Shown: piece by piece, positions 19,623 through 29,551 of the stretch
How positions within the stretch are numbered: the stretch's first letter is position 1
Layout: the number at the start of each line of letters is the position of its first letter
From: a virus
IMG/VR virus record: IMGVR_UViG_3300020391_000290
Coordinates: 69,897 to 133,896 of that record
Length of the DNA stretch: 64,000 nt
Strand: one strand, 5' to 3'
Notes under the pieces: model-generated
What the model was told of the DNA's origin: nothing
Database searches by the model: none
The model's input: only the letters and a program-made list of their open reading frames with translations
Made by a program: the position numbers and the translations under genes

Positions 19623-20574
19623 ATGGTTGTTGCAGTAACCAATCTAAGTACATGGGTATTCCTTTATCAATATCCATTGTAGGATTCCAATTTGTACAAT
19701 CTTTTAATTTATCACTTGTAAGTGTATCTCGATTTGGATAGAAACTATCATGAGGTAATGTTTTAATTTTACCTCCTAAACGTGATTGCACTATTTCAGC
19801 CGCTTCTATTATAGGTCTTCCGCTACCTCTTGTACAATTAAATATTTCATTGGCACAATTTTTATGTAAAGCCGCAGTAGCAAATGCACTAGCAACATCT
19901 TCAACCCAACTAAAATCTAATTTATTATTAGGGCCTTGTACACGCAGTTCACCTTTTGTAATAGCCGCTTCAGCAAGTTTACTAATTACTCTTACTATCA
20001 TATCTCTTGTACCATATAAAGCACTTGGTCTAAGTATTGTATATTCTAAGTTATTTTCTTTATGATAGATTTTACACATCCTTTCGCCTTGTAATTTATA
20101 ACTACCGTATAATGTTAAAGGATCACATGTATCAGTTTCTATTGGTGCTTGTCTTGTAAAATTTCCATATACCATACTGCTACTACTAAAAACAAAACGT
20201 TCAATATTATATTTTACACATAGGTCTAGTATTATTGCAGTGGCTGTTATCATATTGTTGGTTGCATCTATTACATTACGTTTTACCATGTATGCATTTG
20301 GATATGTAGCAAGGTGTATGACAATATCAGGCTGAAAGGATTTAAATGTATTTTCCATAAATGCAGGGTCTTCTATGTTTCCTTGGAATATAAAGTCTGC
20401 GTTACAATGATCCTGTCTTTGTTGTAAAACACAATTATATTCAAATTCAGGGAATGTATAATATCTATGATAACAATCTACAACACCTATTATATTATTT
20501 TGTTCTTTCAGTATGTGACCAGTATGACTACCTATAAATCCATGACCACCTAAAATTAAAATTCTTTTAGACAT
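19600..20574 (-). CDS. NAD-dependent epimerase/dehydratase
   Basis: GGHGFIG, FSSSSMVYG, YGSYK. Confidence 0.9.
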   Translation of the reverse strand: MSKRILILGGHGFIGSHTGHILKEQNNIIGVVDCYHRYYTFPEFEYNCVLQQRQDHCNADFIFQGNIEDPAFMENTFKSFQPDIVIHLATYPNAYMVKRNVIDATNNMITATAIILDLCVKYNIERFVFSSSSMVYGNFTRQAPIETDTCDPLTLYGSYKLQGERMCKIYHKENNLEYTILRPSALYGTRDMIVRVISKLAEAAITKGELRVQGPNNKLDFSWVEDVASAFATAALHKNCANEIFNCTRGSGRPIIEAAEIVQSRLGGKIKTLPHDSFYPNRDTLTSDKLKDCTNWNPTMDIDKGIPMYLDWLLQQPFIKELGK

Positions 20575-21557
20575 TGAATTACCTCCTCTACTTCTTTGTC
20601 TGACATATAACTACAGTTTGGCAATGTTAAACTACACTTTCCTAACTTTTTACTATTTTCCAAATTAAATTCCTTATTATAATGTATCATAGTTTGTATT
20701 TGTTTTTTGTCTAAATATTTTTTTATTTTGTCTCTGTCTTGTGTCTGTATGATAAATTTGCTATATGTACAATTTTTCCTATATTTTGGAAAATTATATA
20801 TGCTAGGCAATTCCATAAAATATTTTTCTACAATTTCTCGTCTACGTGATAGATGTATATCTATTAAATCCAAATTTACTTTTAAGGCACTAGCTTCAAA
20901 GGTACTAAGCATACTATTAATACCTATATTTTTATCATCACCTTGTAATCTTGTTTTTATGGCTTGAGATGCTGTTTGTATATCGTTAGTAACTAAAGCA
21001 CCTCCGCTACCAAATGTTGTACAAGGTTTAGATGGACTAAAACTTAGTACACTAAATTTACTATTTGCTAAACTTGTGCCAAAACTTTGTGCAGCATCTT
21101 CAACTAGTGTTAAGTTATTTTTATTGCACCACTCATCAATATTTTCATGTGCCGGACTACCTAATAATGTGACATACAAAATTGCTCTAGTTTTATTGTT
21201 AATTTTTGTTTGTGCATCTAACAAATTTATGTGATAAAAATTATCAACATCAACTAAAATAGGAACATAGCCGGCTAGCTTTATCGAATTTAAGGTTGCA
21301 ATATAAGTATAATCTGGGACTAATATTTCAGATTCGCGTGGCAAATTTAAATTTCTAAGACCTTGCGTCAAAGCATCTGTACACGAGCTAAAAGTAATTG
21401 CATATCTTTTATTTACTATAGATGAAATTTTGTCTTCTATTTCTTCTAGCAGAGGACTTTTTTGACACAAGCCTTTTTGATAAGTATTATCTGCAATAGT
21501 TTGTACCTTACTGCCTACTTCTTTCCAATGTCTATCTAAATTGATAAATTTGACCAT
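20556..21557 (-). CDS. DegT/DnrJ/EryC1/StrS aminotransferase
   Basis: SCTDAL, VEDAAQSFG, SFSPSK, GSGGAL, LTLP. Confidence 0.88.
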   Translation of the reverse strand: MVKFINLDRHWKEVGSKVQTIADNTYQKGLCQKSPLLEEIEDKISSIVNKRYAITFSSCTDALTQGLRNLNLPRESEILVPDYTYIATLNSIKLAGYVPILVDVDNFYHINLLDAQTKINNKTRAILYVTLLGSPAHENIDEWCNKNNLTLVEDAAQSFGTSLANSKFSVLSFSPSKPCTTFGSGGALVTNDIQTASQAIKTRLQGDDKNIGINSMLSTFEASALKVNLDLIDIHLSRRREIVEKYFMELPSIYNFPKYRKNCTYSKFIIQTQDRDKIKKYLDKKQIQTMIHYNKEFNLENSKKLGKCSLTLPNCSYMSDKEVEEVIQCLKEF

Positions 21558-22123
21558 TTTAATAATTCAAAAGCCTCTGCATGATGATTAGTAGTTTCTT
21601 GTCCTCTTAGTTTATTCAGACATATTACACTTTCGATCATATCTTGTGTAACATCTTTGTAGGAATTTATCCATTCAGTTTTTTGTGCTAAAAATCCATC
21701 TATACCAAAAAAAATGTTAGGATTAAAACTTTTATTACGATTGACGTAAGGAGCCACTTCATACTGTAAAGTCATGCCTTTATATTTCCTTATACTTGCC
21801 TGAGCTATTAAGTTAATGTTTTTATGATCCTGATGACTATCGCCAATATGTGGAATTAGTAAATGTGTATAATCTTTTGCATATAAAATACTATCTAATA
21901 GGTCTACTGTTTTACCGTTGTACTCTGGTCTTCTATTTTCTTCTTCACATAACCAACTTGCTTTATAATTAATTTTTCTCAAATTTGTTTCTACGGCAAA
22001 CATTTTTTCATATAAACAATATACAACATGTACTTCTATATTTTTGTTAATTGCACTTAACAAAAATCCTCCTGCACCCATTTCAATATCATCTGGATGA
22101 GGACTTAATGCTAATATTTTCAA
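21536..22123 (-). CDS. PIG-L/LmbE family deacetylase
   Basis: SPHPDDIEMGAGG, DSHQDH, AEAF; TTG start. Confidence 0.88.
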   Translation of the reverse strand: MKILALSPHPDDIEMGAGGFLLSAINKNIEVHVVYCLYEKMFAVETNLRKINYKASWLCEEENRRPEYNGKTVDLLDSILYAKDYTHLLIPHIGDSHQDHKNINLIAQASIRKYKGMTLQYEVAPYVNRNKSFNPNIFFGIDGFLAQKTEWINSYKDVTQDMIESVICLNKLRGQETTNHHAEAFELLKWSNLSI

Positions 22124-22124
22124 G

Positions 22125-22283
22125 TCAGTTCTCCATTTTATCGTCGGATTGAGGCAGATATACTAATGCAATACTACCGCAATTATTACAAGTAAAGTTA
22201 GATTCCATTGCATACTCGTCGTATTCATTACAGTCATGGTCTCCGCCCCATATCATTTCGTCTCCGCAATGCCAACAATTCAT
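22125..22283 (-). CDS. 52-aa zinc-ribbon-like small protein (not in ORF track)
   Basis: MNCWHCGDEMIWGGDHD...FTCNNCGS...; two CxxC pairs; fills the intergenic gap exactly. Confidence 0.7.
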   Translation of the reverse strand: MNCWHCGDEMIWGGDHDCNEYDEYAMESNFTCNNCGSIALVYLPQSDDKMEN

Positions 22284-22293
22284 TTTATCTCTT

Positions 22294-23100
22294 TTACATG
22301 TTAATTTTATATGGTTCTATATTTTTTAGCAACTTATTAACAAGTCTATCTGTGTCTGCTATATTCCCTAAAACTATTACACTATATATTTGTTTAATAT
22401 TCCATTCGGGTATTTTATTATAATTACAAAAATCACGGTGATAGTCAATCCACCATTTATTAAAATGTTCTATATCTTTTGATTTTACGTTTTCTAACAT
22501 ATTTGTATCTTCTAATGCAACACTAAAATTATGTTTTAATAATAACCATGGTTTGACTAGCTCACATATTCTATCTATGTTATTAGGTTCTTTGTCTCTA
22601 TAATAGTCAAAAGGTGTTTTTCCTAATTCTTGCCATTTGACATATATGTCACCTTTTTTAACATGAGTAGTAGATTCTTCTAACAAATTATATTTGAATT
22701 TTTTAATCAAAGGCCCGCCAAAATCTCTCCAATATACTCTTAGTACTTTTGTTTTCTTTCCGGTGACAATCGAGTCTTCAAGTAAATGTATATGTTCATG
22801 AAACATCATCCATTTTTTGCTACCATCTGTATTTTTTTCATAAATTACATGCAAATCATTAAGATATTGTTGGTCACGTTTAGCACACAAAGAATAATCT
22901 ATAGATAAATCTAAACGTTTTCCTAATTCTACTATACTATCACATAATAATGTTTTATTGAATGTAAGTCTATTGTCCCATGGATAAAACTGTATAGGCA
23001 CATGTTTTAACATTTTATAACCTGGCTCTAGTACTTTCCAGGTATTACTTTGTCTTATTTTAACATCGAATACACTACTATCAGTCAGTGTTAATTGCAT
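22294..23100 (-). CDS. hypothetical protein
   Basis: 268-aa ORF with GAGG SD; LNDLH...HEHIH...ELGK motifs, function unknown. Confidence 0.7.
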   Translation of the reverse strand: MQLTLTDSSVFDVKIRQSNTWKVLEPGYKMLKHVPIQFYPWDNRLTFNKTLLCDSIVELGKRLDLSIDYSLCAKRDQQYLNDLHVIYEKNTDGSKKWMMFHEHIHLLEDSIVTGKKTKVLRVYWRDFGGPLIKKFKYNLLEESTTHVKKGDIYVKWQELGKTPFDYYRDKEPNNIDRICELVKPWLLLKHNFSVALEDTNMLENVKSKDIEHFNKWWIDYHRDFCNYNKIPEWNIKQIYSVIVLGNIADTDRLVNKLLKNIEPYKINM

Positions 23101-23215
23101 TATGTCCTCGGAGTCGTAAGTAGGAACCTTTGCCTTTTTTTGGCTTAATAACCAATGGCTTAAACTTACTTAGAATTTTTGCTAGTGGATTCCTTTTTTT
23201 CGTTTTCTTTTTCAT
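23081..23215 (-). CDS. ArfA-like small basic protein (not in ORF track)
   Basis: MKKKTKKRNPLAKILSKFKPLVIKPKKGKGSYLRLRGHNAINTD; KKGKGSY-x-R is the ArfA signature. Confidence 0.55.
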   Translation of the reverse strand: MKKKTKKRNPLAKILSKFKPLVIKPKKGKGSYLRLRGHNAINTD

Positions 23216-23486
23216 GTCCTGCTTTCATCTTTTTATTTAGAGCTCTTGCTAATGCTTGTGCAGGAATATCTTCTGTTAACTGTATTAGCATTTTAGGATT
23301 TTGTTCTTGTAAATCTTTAACTACTTTTTCTGCTTTTTCTTTACGAGTATAAACGTGTACTACGTTATCCTCAAAGTCTCGCATTAAATAGTAGTCTCTT
23401 TGTAAAGAGTTTTCTAAAAATGGAGAACCTTTTGTTTTTAAACCTGAATGTCTAGGCTTTTTTAAATAAACCTTTATCGCGTACAT
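23166..23486 (-). CDS. hypothetical protein
   Basis: 106-aa ORF in minus-strand run. Confidence 0.6.
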   Translation of the reverse strand: MYAIKVYLKKPRHSGLKTKGSPFLENSLQRDYYLMRDFEDNVVHVYTRKEKAEKVVKDLQEQNPKMLIQLTEDIPAQALARALNKKMKAGHEKENEKKESTSKNSK

Positions 23487-23718
23487 TATATCTTTCTATT
23501 GTGTCTAAGGTCATTAACCCTGTAACAAAGTTTTCTATAGCATCCTCAACGTAGTGCATACTATGTCTACTGTAATCGATTATTCCTATCATAGAATCAT
23601 TTTCATAAAATTCTACGTAGTGTTTATCACCAACTTTTTTATATTTTGTATGTCTGTTATTTAACTGTTTTTGAATCATTTTTTGTCTGTATCTTTGTCC
23701 AAAATTTATGTAAAACAT
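23452..23718 (-). CDS. hypothetical protein (true start probably internal, MIQKQL)
   Basis: ORF in minus-strand run; HSMHYVEDAIENF. Confidence 0.6.
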   Translation of the reverse strand: MFYINFGQRYRQKMIQKQLNNRHTKYKKVGDKHYVEFYENDSMIGIIDYSRHSMHYVEDAIENFVTGLMTLDTIERYNVRDKGLFKKA

Positions 23719-23959
23719 AAAACCAAACTGAATTTACTGCAGGTTCTATTAGTGCTACTGCGCCGGCTTCCCATATACTAGCACCTGTAATTATGCTTAC
23801 TACTGTCATAGCAATAAAAATATGTCCTATAAAAAATATAATTGCTAGTAAAATACTATCATCCATTTTGGCTCTTATAACATTTATAATACCTTGTGAT
23901 AATTCAGTCATTTTGTTCCTCTGTAATATCTGTTCTTTTTGATTCATAATATCTGTCAA
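23657..23959 (-). CDS. small membrane protein (DUF2061-like)
   Basis: Two hydrophobic segments, ITGA...ALIEP...WFYVLHKFW; start probably MTELSQ. Confidence 0.55.
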   Translation of the reverse strand: MTDIMNQKEQILQRNKMTELSQGIINVIRAKMDDSILLAIIFFIGHIFIAMTVVSIITGASIWEAGAVALIEPAVNSVWFYVLHKFWTKIQTKNDSKTVK

Positions 23960-24119
23960 AAACTGCTTGTGGGCTTAATTTTTTCGATTCCATATATCTG
24001 ACAGCATCTCCTGGGCGATTTACGATTCCCATTCTAACAAGGTATGAACATGCTATTATAAATTCATTCTTGTTAGTACCTAATTTATTAATTAGATCCA
24101 TTGGATGTTTTGCACCCAT
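23904..24119 (-). CDS. hypothetical protein
   Basis: AGGAG SD before ATG. Confidence 0.6.
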   Translation of the reverse strand: MGAKHPMDLINKLGTNKNEFIIACSYLVRMGIVNRPGDAVRYMESKKLSPQAVFDRYYESKRTDITEEQND

Positions 24120-24128
24120 ATATTACTC

Positions 24129-24794
24129 CTATAGAGTTTTAGCTAAAGGAAAGATTTCCGCTATAACCTTAGCACATTCATGAGCTATTTCCATATGCTC
24201 TTTTTGTGTGCCGTTTGCACCACGTAGTTCGATATAATGTACCCAACTTCGTAGTGTGCCATTCATATAAAGTGTTGTTTTTGTTATACCCTCAGGTAAC
24301 ACTTTACGTGCTTGTTCTTTAGCAATGCCTTGACGGATTGCCCAATCATAATTTTCTTTTGCGATTTTCGCTACTTCTTCTTGTTTTATTTTCCAGTCGT
24401 AGTGTAGGTCACTTTCAGAATCTAAATCAATGCTATTTTGTCTATTTTTTGTATCTTGTAATCTTGCTTCACTATATTCGAATAAATCACCTTGTGCCTC
24501 AGGGTCTGCATAACGTTGACTAAACTCCTGAAAACTAAAACTCCTATGACGTACTATTTGATGTGCAATATCACGTGTAGTTTTTATTTCTAAACAAGCA
24601 CTAACCATTTCTAATGGTGACCAATGCTGGTGCTTTACTAGGTACTTTATTAGTCTTTCACTTGTTTCTGTGTTTATTTGTGCAGATGGATTACTTACTC
24701 TAGCACAAAAGGCAATTAATTCTTGCACATTGGCAATACCTTCAGCTTCATATTCTAAAGCAGGCTTACTATAACTAACAAGTTTTACTTCCAT
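24129..24794 (-). CDS. thyX: FAD-dependent thymidylate synthase
   Basis: HWSPLE, RHRSFSFQEFSQRY, EQARKVLP, TQKEH. Confidence 0.95.
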   Translation of the reverse strand: MEVKLVSYSKPALEYEAEGIANVQELIAFCARVSNPSAQINTETSERLIKYLVKHQHWSPLEMVSACLEIKTTRDIAHQIVRHRSFSFQEFSQRYADPEAQGDLFEYSEARLQDTKNRQNSIDLDSESDLHYDWKIKQEEVAKIAKENYDWAIRQGIAKEQARKVLPEGITKTTLYMNGTLRSWVHYIELRGANGTQKEHMEIAHECAKVIAEIFPLAKTL

Positions 24795-25438
24795 TATATT
24801 GCGGCTTTTGCTGGACGACCACGTTTCTTTTTGACTGCTAGTGCAGGGTTAAGTGTAGCAGCTTCTTCCATAAGTCTTGTAACTTCTTTTTCTAATGAAG
24901 CCATTTGCGTCTTCATTTGATTTGCTTGTTCTACAAGTTGTTCTGCTAATATACTATCAGATAGTATTCCTGCTTCACTTGGAGTACCTACAACTGCGGC
25001 TGCAGCTTGAACTGCGGCTGCATTTTTATCAGGATCAGCAAGTCCTGCCTGTGCATCTAGTTTAGCCATATCTTGAGCCGCTTTACTACCAGTATCTAAA
25101 TCATTAATAATTTTATTAATTTCATCTAAACGTACACCTGGAGTATTTGGACGAGGCATCATAATAATATCTTGAGTACGTACCTTTTTCATAAAACGAT
25201 TTTTATGGATATTATTTAATATTGTTTGTCCGTCACTGCCAACTATGCTATGCAATGCTTCGCCTAAGTTACGAGCTTCTTGTCCTTTATCACTTTGGAT
25301 TGCATTCATTAGGTCATCATGTAAATTTTGTTGTAATTGATCAGGATATACGACTAGTGCCATATGTCCTTCATCTGGTACTTCACGGAATATAACGGCA
25401 ACTCTTTTATCACCGTGTTTTCCAACATGTTTAATCAT
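24794..25438 (-). CDS. hypothetical protein with coiled coil and C-terminal AT-hook-like KKRGRP
   Basis: Start re-assigned to MIKHVGKH (AAGGA SD); KKKRGRPAK tail. Confidence 0.65.
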   Translation of the reverse strand: MIKHVGKHGDKRVAVIFREVPDEGHMALVVYPDQLQQNLHDDLMNAIQSDKGQEARNLGEALHSIVGSDGQTILNNIHKNRFMKKVRTQDIIMMPRPNTPGVRLDEINKIINDLDTGSKAAQDMAKLDAQAGLADPDKNAAAVQAAAAVVGTPSEAGILSDSILAEQLVEQANQMKTQMASLEKEVTRLMEEAATLNPALAVKKKRGRPAKAAI

Positions 25439-25745
25439 CTGTTTTTCCTTCGTCTGATATGTCTTCTGCAGTATCTTCACTTGCTGGCGTATCTTCACTT
25501 ACTGGATTTTCAGGTTGTGGTACTGCTCCATTTGCAATTAAAAAGTTCATTAATATATTATAAACATTTCCTACTGCTGCCATTTCATTTGCTCTAATAG
25601 CACCACGTCTACTTACAACTTCTATTATATTAGCCATAACTTTTAAATCGTTCACACCTAATTGTGCTTTTGGTGTTTCAGCTTCAGTAGGTTCCGCTTC
25701 TGCTTCAGCAGTCATTTCTGCAGGTATTGTATCTTCTTCAGACAT
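25431..25745 (-). CDS. acidic hypothetical protein
   Basis: AAGGAG SD; core IIEVVSRRGAIRANEMAAVG. Confidence 0.7.
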   Translation of the reverse strand: MSEEDTIPAEMTAEAEAEPTEAETPKAQLGVNDLKVMANIIEVVSRRGAIRANEMAAVGNVYNILMNFLIANGAVPQPENPVSEDTPASEDTAEDISDEGKTDD

Positions 25746-25775
25746 TAGATTCTCCTTGTGTCATTGATTTTACTT

Positions 25776-25804
25776 ATTTTAGTTTAATAAAATTGTTTTG
25801 TCAA
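25776..25804 (-). promoter_or_regulatory. sigma70-type promoter
   Basis: TTGACA-17-TAAAAT on minus strand. Confidence 0.7.
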
Positions 25805-25839
25805 TAAAATTATTCATTATATGCTACTATAACTATTTA

Positions 25840-26277
25840 TTAACCTTTATTATCCGGTCGGAATAATTTTAGATTGTTTATATCTATGTTCTGTCCTACG
25901 CCATATCCAATTAAACAACCTACATCTGGAGTAGGGCCTATTTCTGTAAGTGCCCATTCTTTAGTTTCCGGATTTATGCTTAAAAATATATCTACTCTAA
26001 TTATTCCAACATCAGGTTTATTACCTATGCCAGTTCCACGCCATACTATTTTTAGTCCTTTAGATATACCAATTTTTGCAATTTGATCTAAAGGACCGCA
26101 TGATATATTTCTTTCTGTCCATGTTGGTGTCCATTCGAATGGTCTTTCTTTTGGAATTTCCTGTGCATCTAAAGGTTTGAATATACCCATTAATATATAA
26201 ACTGCAACTATAAATAAAATTCCGTATAAGATCTTCATATAACTATTTAGCCTCATCATAATATGCATAATTTCCAA
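25840..26277 (-). CDS. putative secreted/membrane-anchored hypothetical protein
   Basis: Hydrophobic N-terminus from MKILYG (probable start); C...CLIGYG. Confidence 0.6.
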   Translation of the reverse strand: MEIMHIMMRLNSYMKILYGILFIVAVYILMGIFKPLDAQEIPKERPFEWTPTWTERNISCGPLDQIAKIGISKGLKIVWRGTGIGNKPDVGIIRVDIFLSINPETKEWALTEIGPTPDVGCLIGYGVGQNIDINNLKLFRPDNKG

Positions 26278-27529
26278 AGGGTGGCTTTATATCCTCACTA
26301 CCATGTATTACAAATACTGTATCACAGTAATCTGGATCACCCCAACTATCCCAAGGATAACCATCTGTAAACATGATAAATCTCTCAGGTTGTATTTCAT
26401 TTTCTTTCATAAACTTCCAATTTGCATCGAAGTCTGTGCCACCTCCTCCACTTATAGCATAAGTTTCAAACTCATCTATGTTTTGAGGAGTAAATTCTTG
26501 ATAGTTGTAACACTGAGTATCAAAGCACCAAACTTTCACTTTAAAGTCTGTAAATTGTTCCATAATACCACGAACTTCACTAAGCATTTCTTTACCCATT
26601 GTATCACTAATACTACCGCTCATATCTAATGCAAGGGCGATATCAATTGTATCTTCTGGAGTTTGTCCAGGTAAAGCAACGTCACTAAAGTAACCTTTTT
26701 TACTTCTAGCCATAAAACTGTAGTCACCTTTTTGTGTGCTTTGAATGCTCATGTTAAGTAATTCTTGCCAAGGCATTTTAGGCTCTGTAAGGTCTTTAAT
26801 AATACGTTTAACGTTTGCAGGCATTTCTCCTGCACCAGCACCTGAAGCACTTTGCAGTAAACTTTCTTTAATCTGGTCACGTATTTCTTGCTTTTGTTCT
26901 TTAGTATACTTAGGCTTACTCTTACTTACTAAGTTACCATTTGCATCTTCTTCTGGTTGACCACCACCAGTACCGTCACCTTCTTCATCCAAGTGTTCGT
27001 CTAGTAGTTGATTGACAAGGTCTTCTATATCTATTTTATCTGCGTTCTCATATAATTCATCATATACTTCTTCCATGCTATAACCTTCATACCTAGGATC
27101 ATATAGTGCAGGAACTGTAGTGATAAAAGTACCAATACGGTTTATTTTAAGATCTCTATTTACACAATAATCTGCGGCAATATTAGCTAGTTGAGGATTG
27201 TGTTTATTTTGTTTACTTCTGCCCAAATGCTCGTATACGTTATGTAATACTTCATGTCCAAACAAAAAGATATGTTCACCTGGTCTAAGCATATTAATAA
27301 ATTTACTATTGTAATAGAAGTACTTTCCATCTGTAGCCGCAGTAGGCAACCAAGCATCTGCATTTACTAGCGGAAGTCTTGTAGCCATTGTACCAAACCA
27401 ACTTGTTTTTAGTAGCATTTTTACACGGGCGGTTGTAAGAGCTTCACGTGCTTGTAAATCTTCTTCTTTTACAGTTTCGAAACCTACTGGCAGTTCAATA
27501 TTTTTAGTATTTGCAGTGCCTTTGTCCAA
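26243..27529 (-). CDS. DUF2201-type metallopeptidase-VWA protein
   Basis: TAATDG, HEVLH zincin motif, DMSGS MIDAS, GGGGTDF, FTDG. Confidence 0.88.
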   Translation of the reverse strand: MDKGTANTKNIELPVGFETVKEEDLQAREALTTARVKMLLKTSWFGTMATRLPLVNADAWLPTAATDGKYFYYNSKFINMLRPGEHIFLFGHEVLHNVYEHLGRSKQNKHNPQLANIAADYCVNRDLKINRIGTFITTVPALYDPRYEGYSMEEVYDELYENADKIDIEDLVNQLLDEHLDEEGDGTGGGQPEEDANGNLVSKSKPKYTKEQKQEIRDQIKESLLQSASGAGAGEMPANVKRIIKDLTEPKMPWQELLNMSIQSTQKGDYSFMARSKKGYFSDVALPGQTPEDTIDIALALDMSGSISDTMGKEMLSEVRGIMEQFTDFKVKVWCFDTQCYNYQEFTPQNIDEFETYAISGGGGTDFDANWKFMKENEIQPERFIMFTDGYPWDSWGDPDYCDTVFVIHGSEDIKPPFGNYAYYDEAK

Positions 27530-27559
27530 TATATCTCTCCTAATTGCTAACTATAATTT

Positions 27560-27587
27560 ATAATAACATCATTAGTATATATGTCAA
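27560..27587 (-). promoter_or_regulatory. early-type promoter (16-nt spacer class)
   Basis: GG-TTGACA-16-TATTAT with TG extension. Confidence 0.7.
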
Positions 27588-27588
27588 C

Positions 27589-28047
27589 CTAATCTCTATC
27601 ATTTTTATTACCTAAATAGTCTTTTTCCTTATAGGATTTTATCATGTGGCAACGGCAACATAATGTATTAATATTGTCTTTACTATTGCTACCACCTTTA
27701 CTTTTTAAGTGTATATGGTCACCATGCATTACGCCACGTGCTACTCTAACTTGATGATAAGGATCTTCAATTTCTTGTATGCTAGGATCTTCACGTGGAT
27801 CATAACCACACGAATTACATTCCCAACCTCTATAAAATGTATGAGGTCTAGTTGGTTTACCCATACCGCCATATTCTACACATTCAAGTTGATGTTCTCT
27901 ACAAAGTATATTAGAACCTGGGCCATCGAATATACTAACGCCATTGTTACAATCTTCTAACATACAAACAGGAGACCTACGATACTGTTCTTTCAGTATC
28001 GCAGGACTTTTCATTTTGTCCTTATTTGGATCTCTAAACTTAGGCAT
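27589..28047 (-). CDS. HNH endonuclease-like protein
   Basis: CNSCG...GDHIHLKSKGGSNSKDNINTLCCRCHMIKS; start MPKFRD overlapping upstream stop. Confidence 0.75.
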   Translation of the reverse strand: MPKFRDPNKDKMKSPAILKEQYRRSPVCMLEDCNNGVSIFDGPGSNILCREHQLECVEYGGMGKPTRPHTFYRGWECNSCGYDPREDPSIQEIEDPYHQVRVARGVMHGDHIHLKSKGGSNSKDNINTLCCRCHMIKSYKEKDYLGNKNDRD

Positions 28048-29209
28048 TATCCCACAAGTCCTCTTGGGAAACTGTAAAGCCATTGTTTGGAGCATACTTT
28101 GGAGTTTTAAGTTTTGTAGACTTATTCATTTGTGCTATAAGGAAAGGAACACCTGTTCTCATTTCTGTAGTAAATCCTTTAAGTCCAAATTCTGCATAAC
28201 TTTCTGGATTAGCATGTTTATACCAACGTTTATATGAATCTCTAACTTTATCCCAAAAAACACCATCTTCGCCAAAGTTTGCATCGAAAAAATCTTTAGT
28301 GAATGCAACCATATCAAGTAGGTATTCGTTGTCTACTTTAATCTTTTGCTCATAACATAAATTAAAGTATTCATATAACTGCCTTGCCTCCTTAGCACGA
28401 ACTGGTCTACTTTGATTTAAGTATGCCCAATATTGACAAAACATTCTAGTAACCTCAGGATGTTTTCTAGTTTTTAGAGTTTTACTCATTAGTGTATCAG
28501 CTAACAGTGTAAATGCGCCTGGTTGATCTTCGTCGCCAAATTTTGCATGTGTAGCAAATAATCCTGCATCACGTAAATAGTCATTTTTTGTTGCAGTATC
28601 AATCCAGTCTGGATAATCAGCACCATCTACTTTTACACCATATACCATTTGTTTATAGGTATCAATAAAGTCTAGTGTTTCTTTTGCAACACCGTTAAGT
28701 AAAATAAAGTTACGTCTAATTTCTAACTTTTGTTGTGAATTATATACAACTACAGGAACCATTGTACTTGCAGCTCTTTCACCAAATACTTTTGTAAGTA
28801 TTATATATAGTGCAATAATAGTATGCTGACCATCCCAAGCAATATAATTATCAGGTCTATTTGGGTCCTTGTAAACTTGTATAGCCATTACCATACTTTC
28901 ACTAAAGTTAGTTAGAATACCTAGAATATGACGCATGTTAAGTTCACGTTGCATAGTCTCATCTATTAAGATAGAATTCATACTTACTTGTATAGATTTA
29001 CATATATTGATATCTGTGAATTTTTTCCAACCACGTATTGCTTTGTAGTCGCTACAGTTTCTACGTTTAAATTCATCAACTACTGCTTCTAGTTGGGAAC
29101 GAAAGAAAGGTGCTTTTATAATAGCCTTTTCTAATCTTTCTTGAAGTGTTACAAAGTTACTTTCTGCAACTTCGTATAGGTCGTTTATCTTCTGTGCTTG
29201 AGTCTTCAT
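28040..29209 (-). CDS. ParB/Srx-fold (DGQH motif) protein
   Basis: TMQR...YIAWDGQHT...VPVVV...FILLNG; AGGAG SD. Confidence 0.55.
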   Translation of the reverse strand: MKTQAQKINDLYEVAESNFVTLQERLEKAIIKAPFFRSQLEAVVDEFKRRNCSDYKAIRGWKKFTDINICKSIQVSMNSILIDETMQRELNMRHILGILTNFSESMVMAIQVYKDPNRPDNYIAWDGQHTIIALYIILTKVFGERAASTMVPVVVYNSQQKLEIRRNFILLNGVAKETLDFIDTYKQMVYGVKVDGADYPDWIDTATKNDYLRDAGLFATHAKFGDEDQPGAFTLLADTLMSKTLKTRKHPEVTRMFCQYWAYLNQSRPVRAKEARQLYEYFNLCYEQKIKVDNEYLLDMVAFTKDFFDANFGEDGVFWDKVRDSYKRWYKHANPESYAEFGLKGFTTEMRTGVPFLIAQMNKSTKLKTPKYAPNNGFTVSQEDLWDNA

Positions 29210-29252
29210 TTTTATCTCCTAACGGGCATACTCGCCCTCGATTAAAGTTAAG

Positions 29253-29549
29253 TTAAAATGCTCCCTTCTGCTTAGGAACGTAATTGTATACAGGAAATTC
29301 TGCATACTTAGCACGGCGTTTGCCGCTTTCACTAAGTGGGTGGTGCATACCAACACACTTACCGTTATCTAAAACAACAAAATATTTGACATCCTTTTCA
29401 GGGCCTGGCCATCTACGATTACCAAGTCCTATTTCGGTAATCATATTTTTAGCATATTTTCTTGCTTCAAATTCTCTATTTTTATATTTTGGCATATTCC
29501 ACCATATGCCAAAATCATCTTCAAGTGTTTGCTTTTTACGATATAACAT
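29253..29549 (-). CDS. hypothetical protein
   Basis: GAGG SD; WPGPEKDV...LDNGKCVG...FPV. Confidence 0.65.
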   Translation of the reverse strand: MLYRKKQTLEDDFGIWWNMPKYKNREFEARKYAKNMITEIGLGNRRWPGPEKDVKYFVVLDNGKCVGMHHPLSESGKRRAKYAEFPVYNYVPKQKGAF

Positions 29550-29551
29550 TA

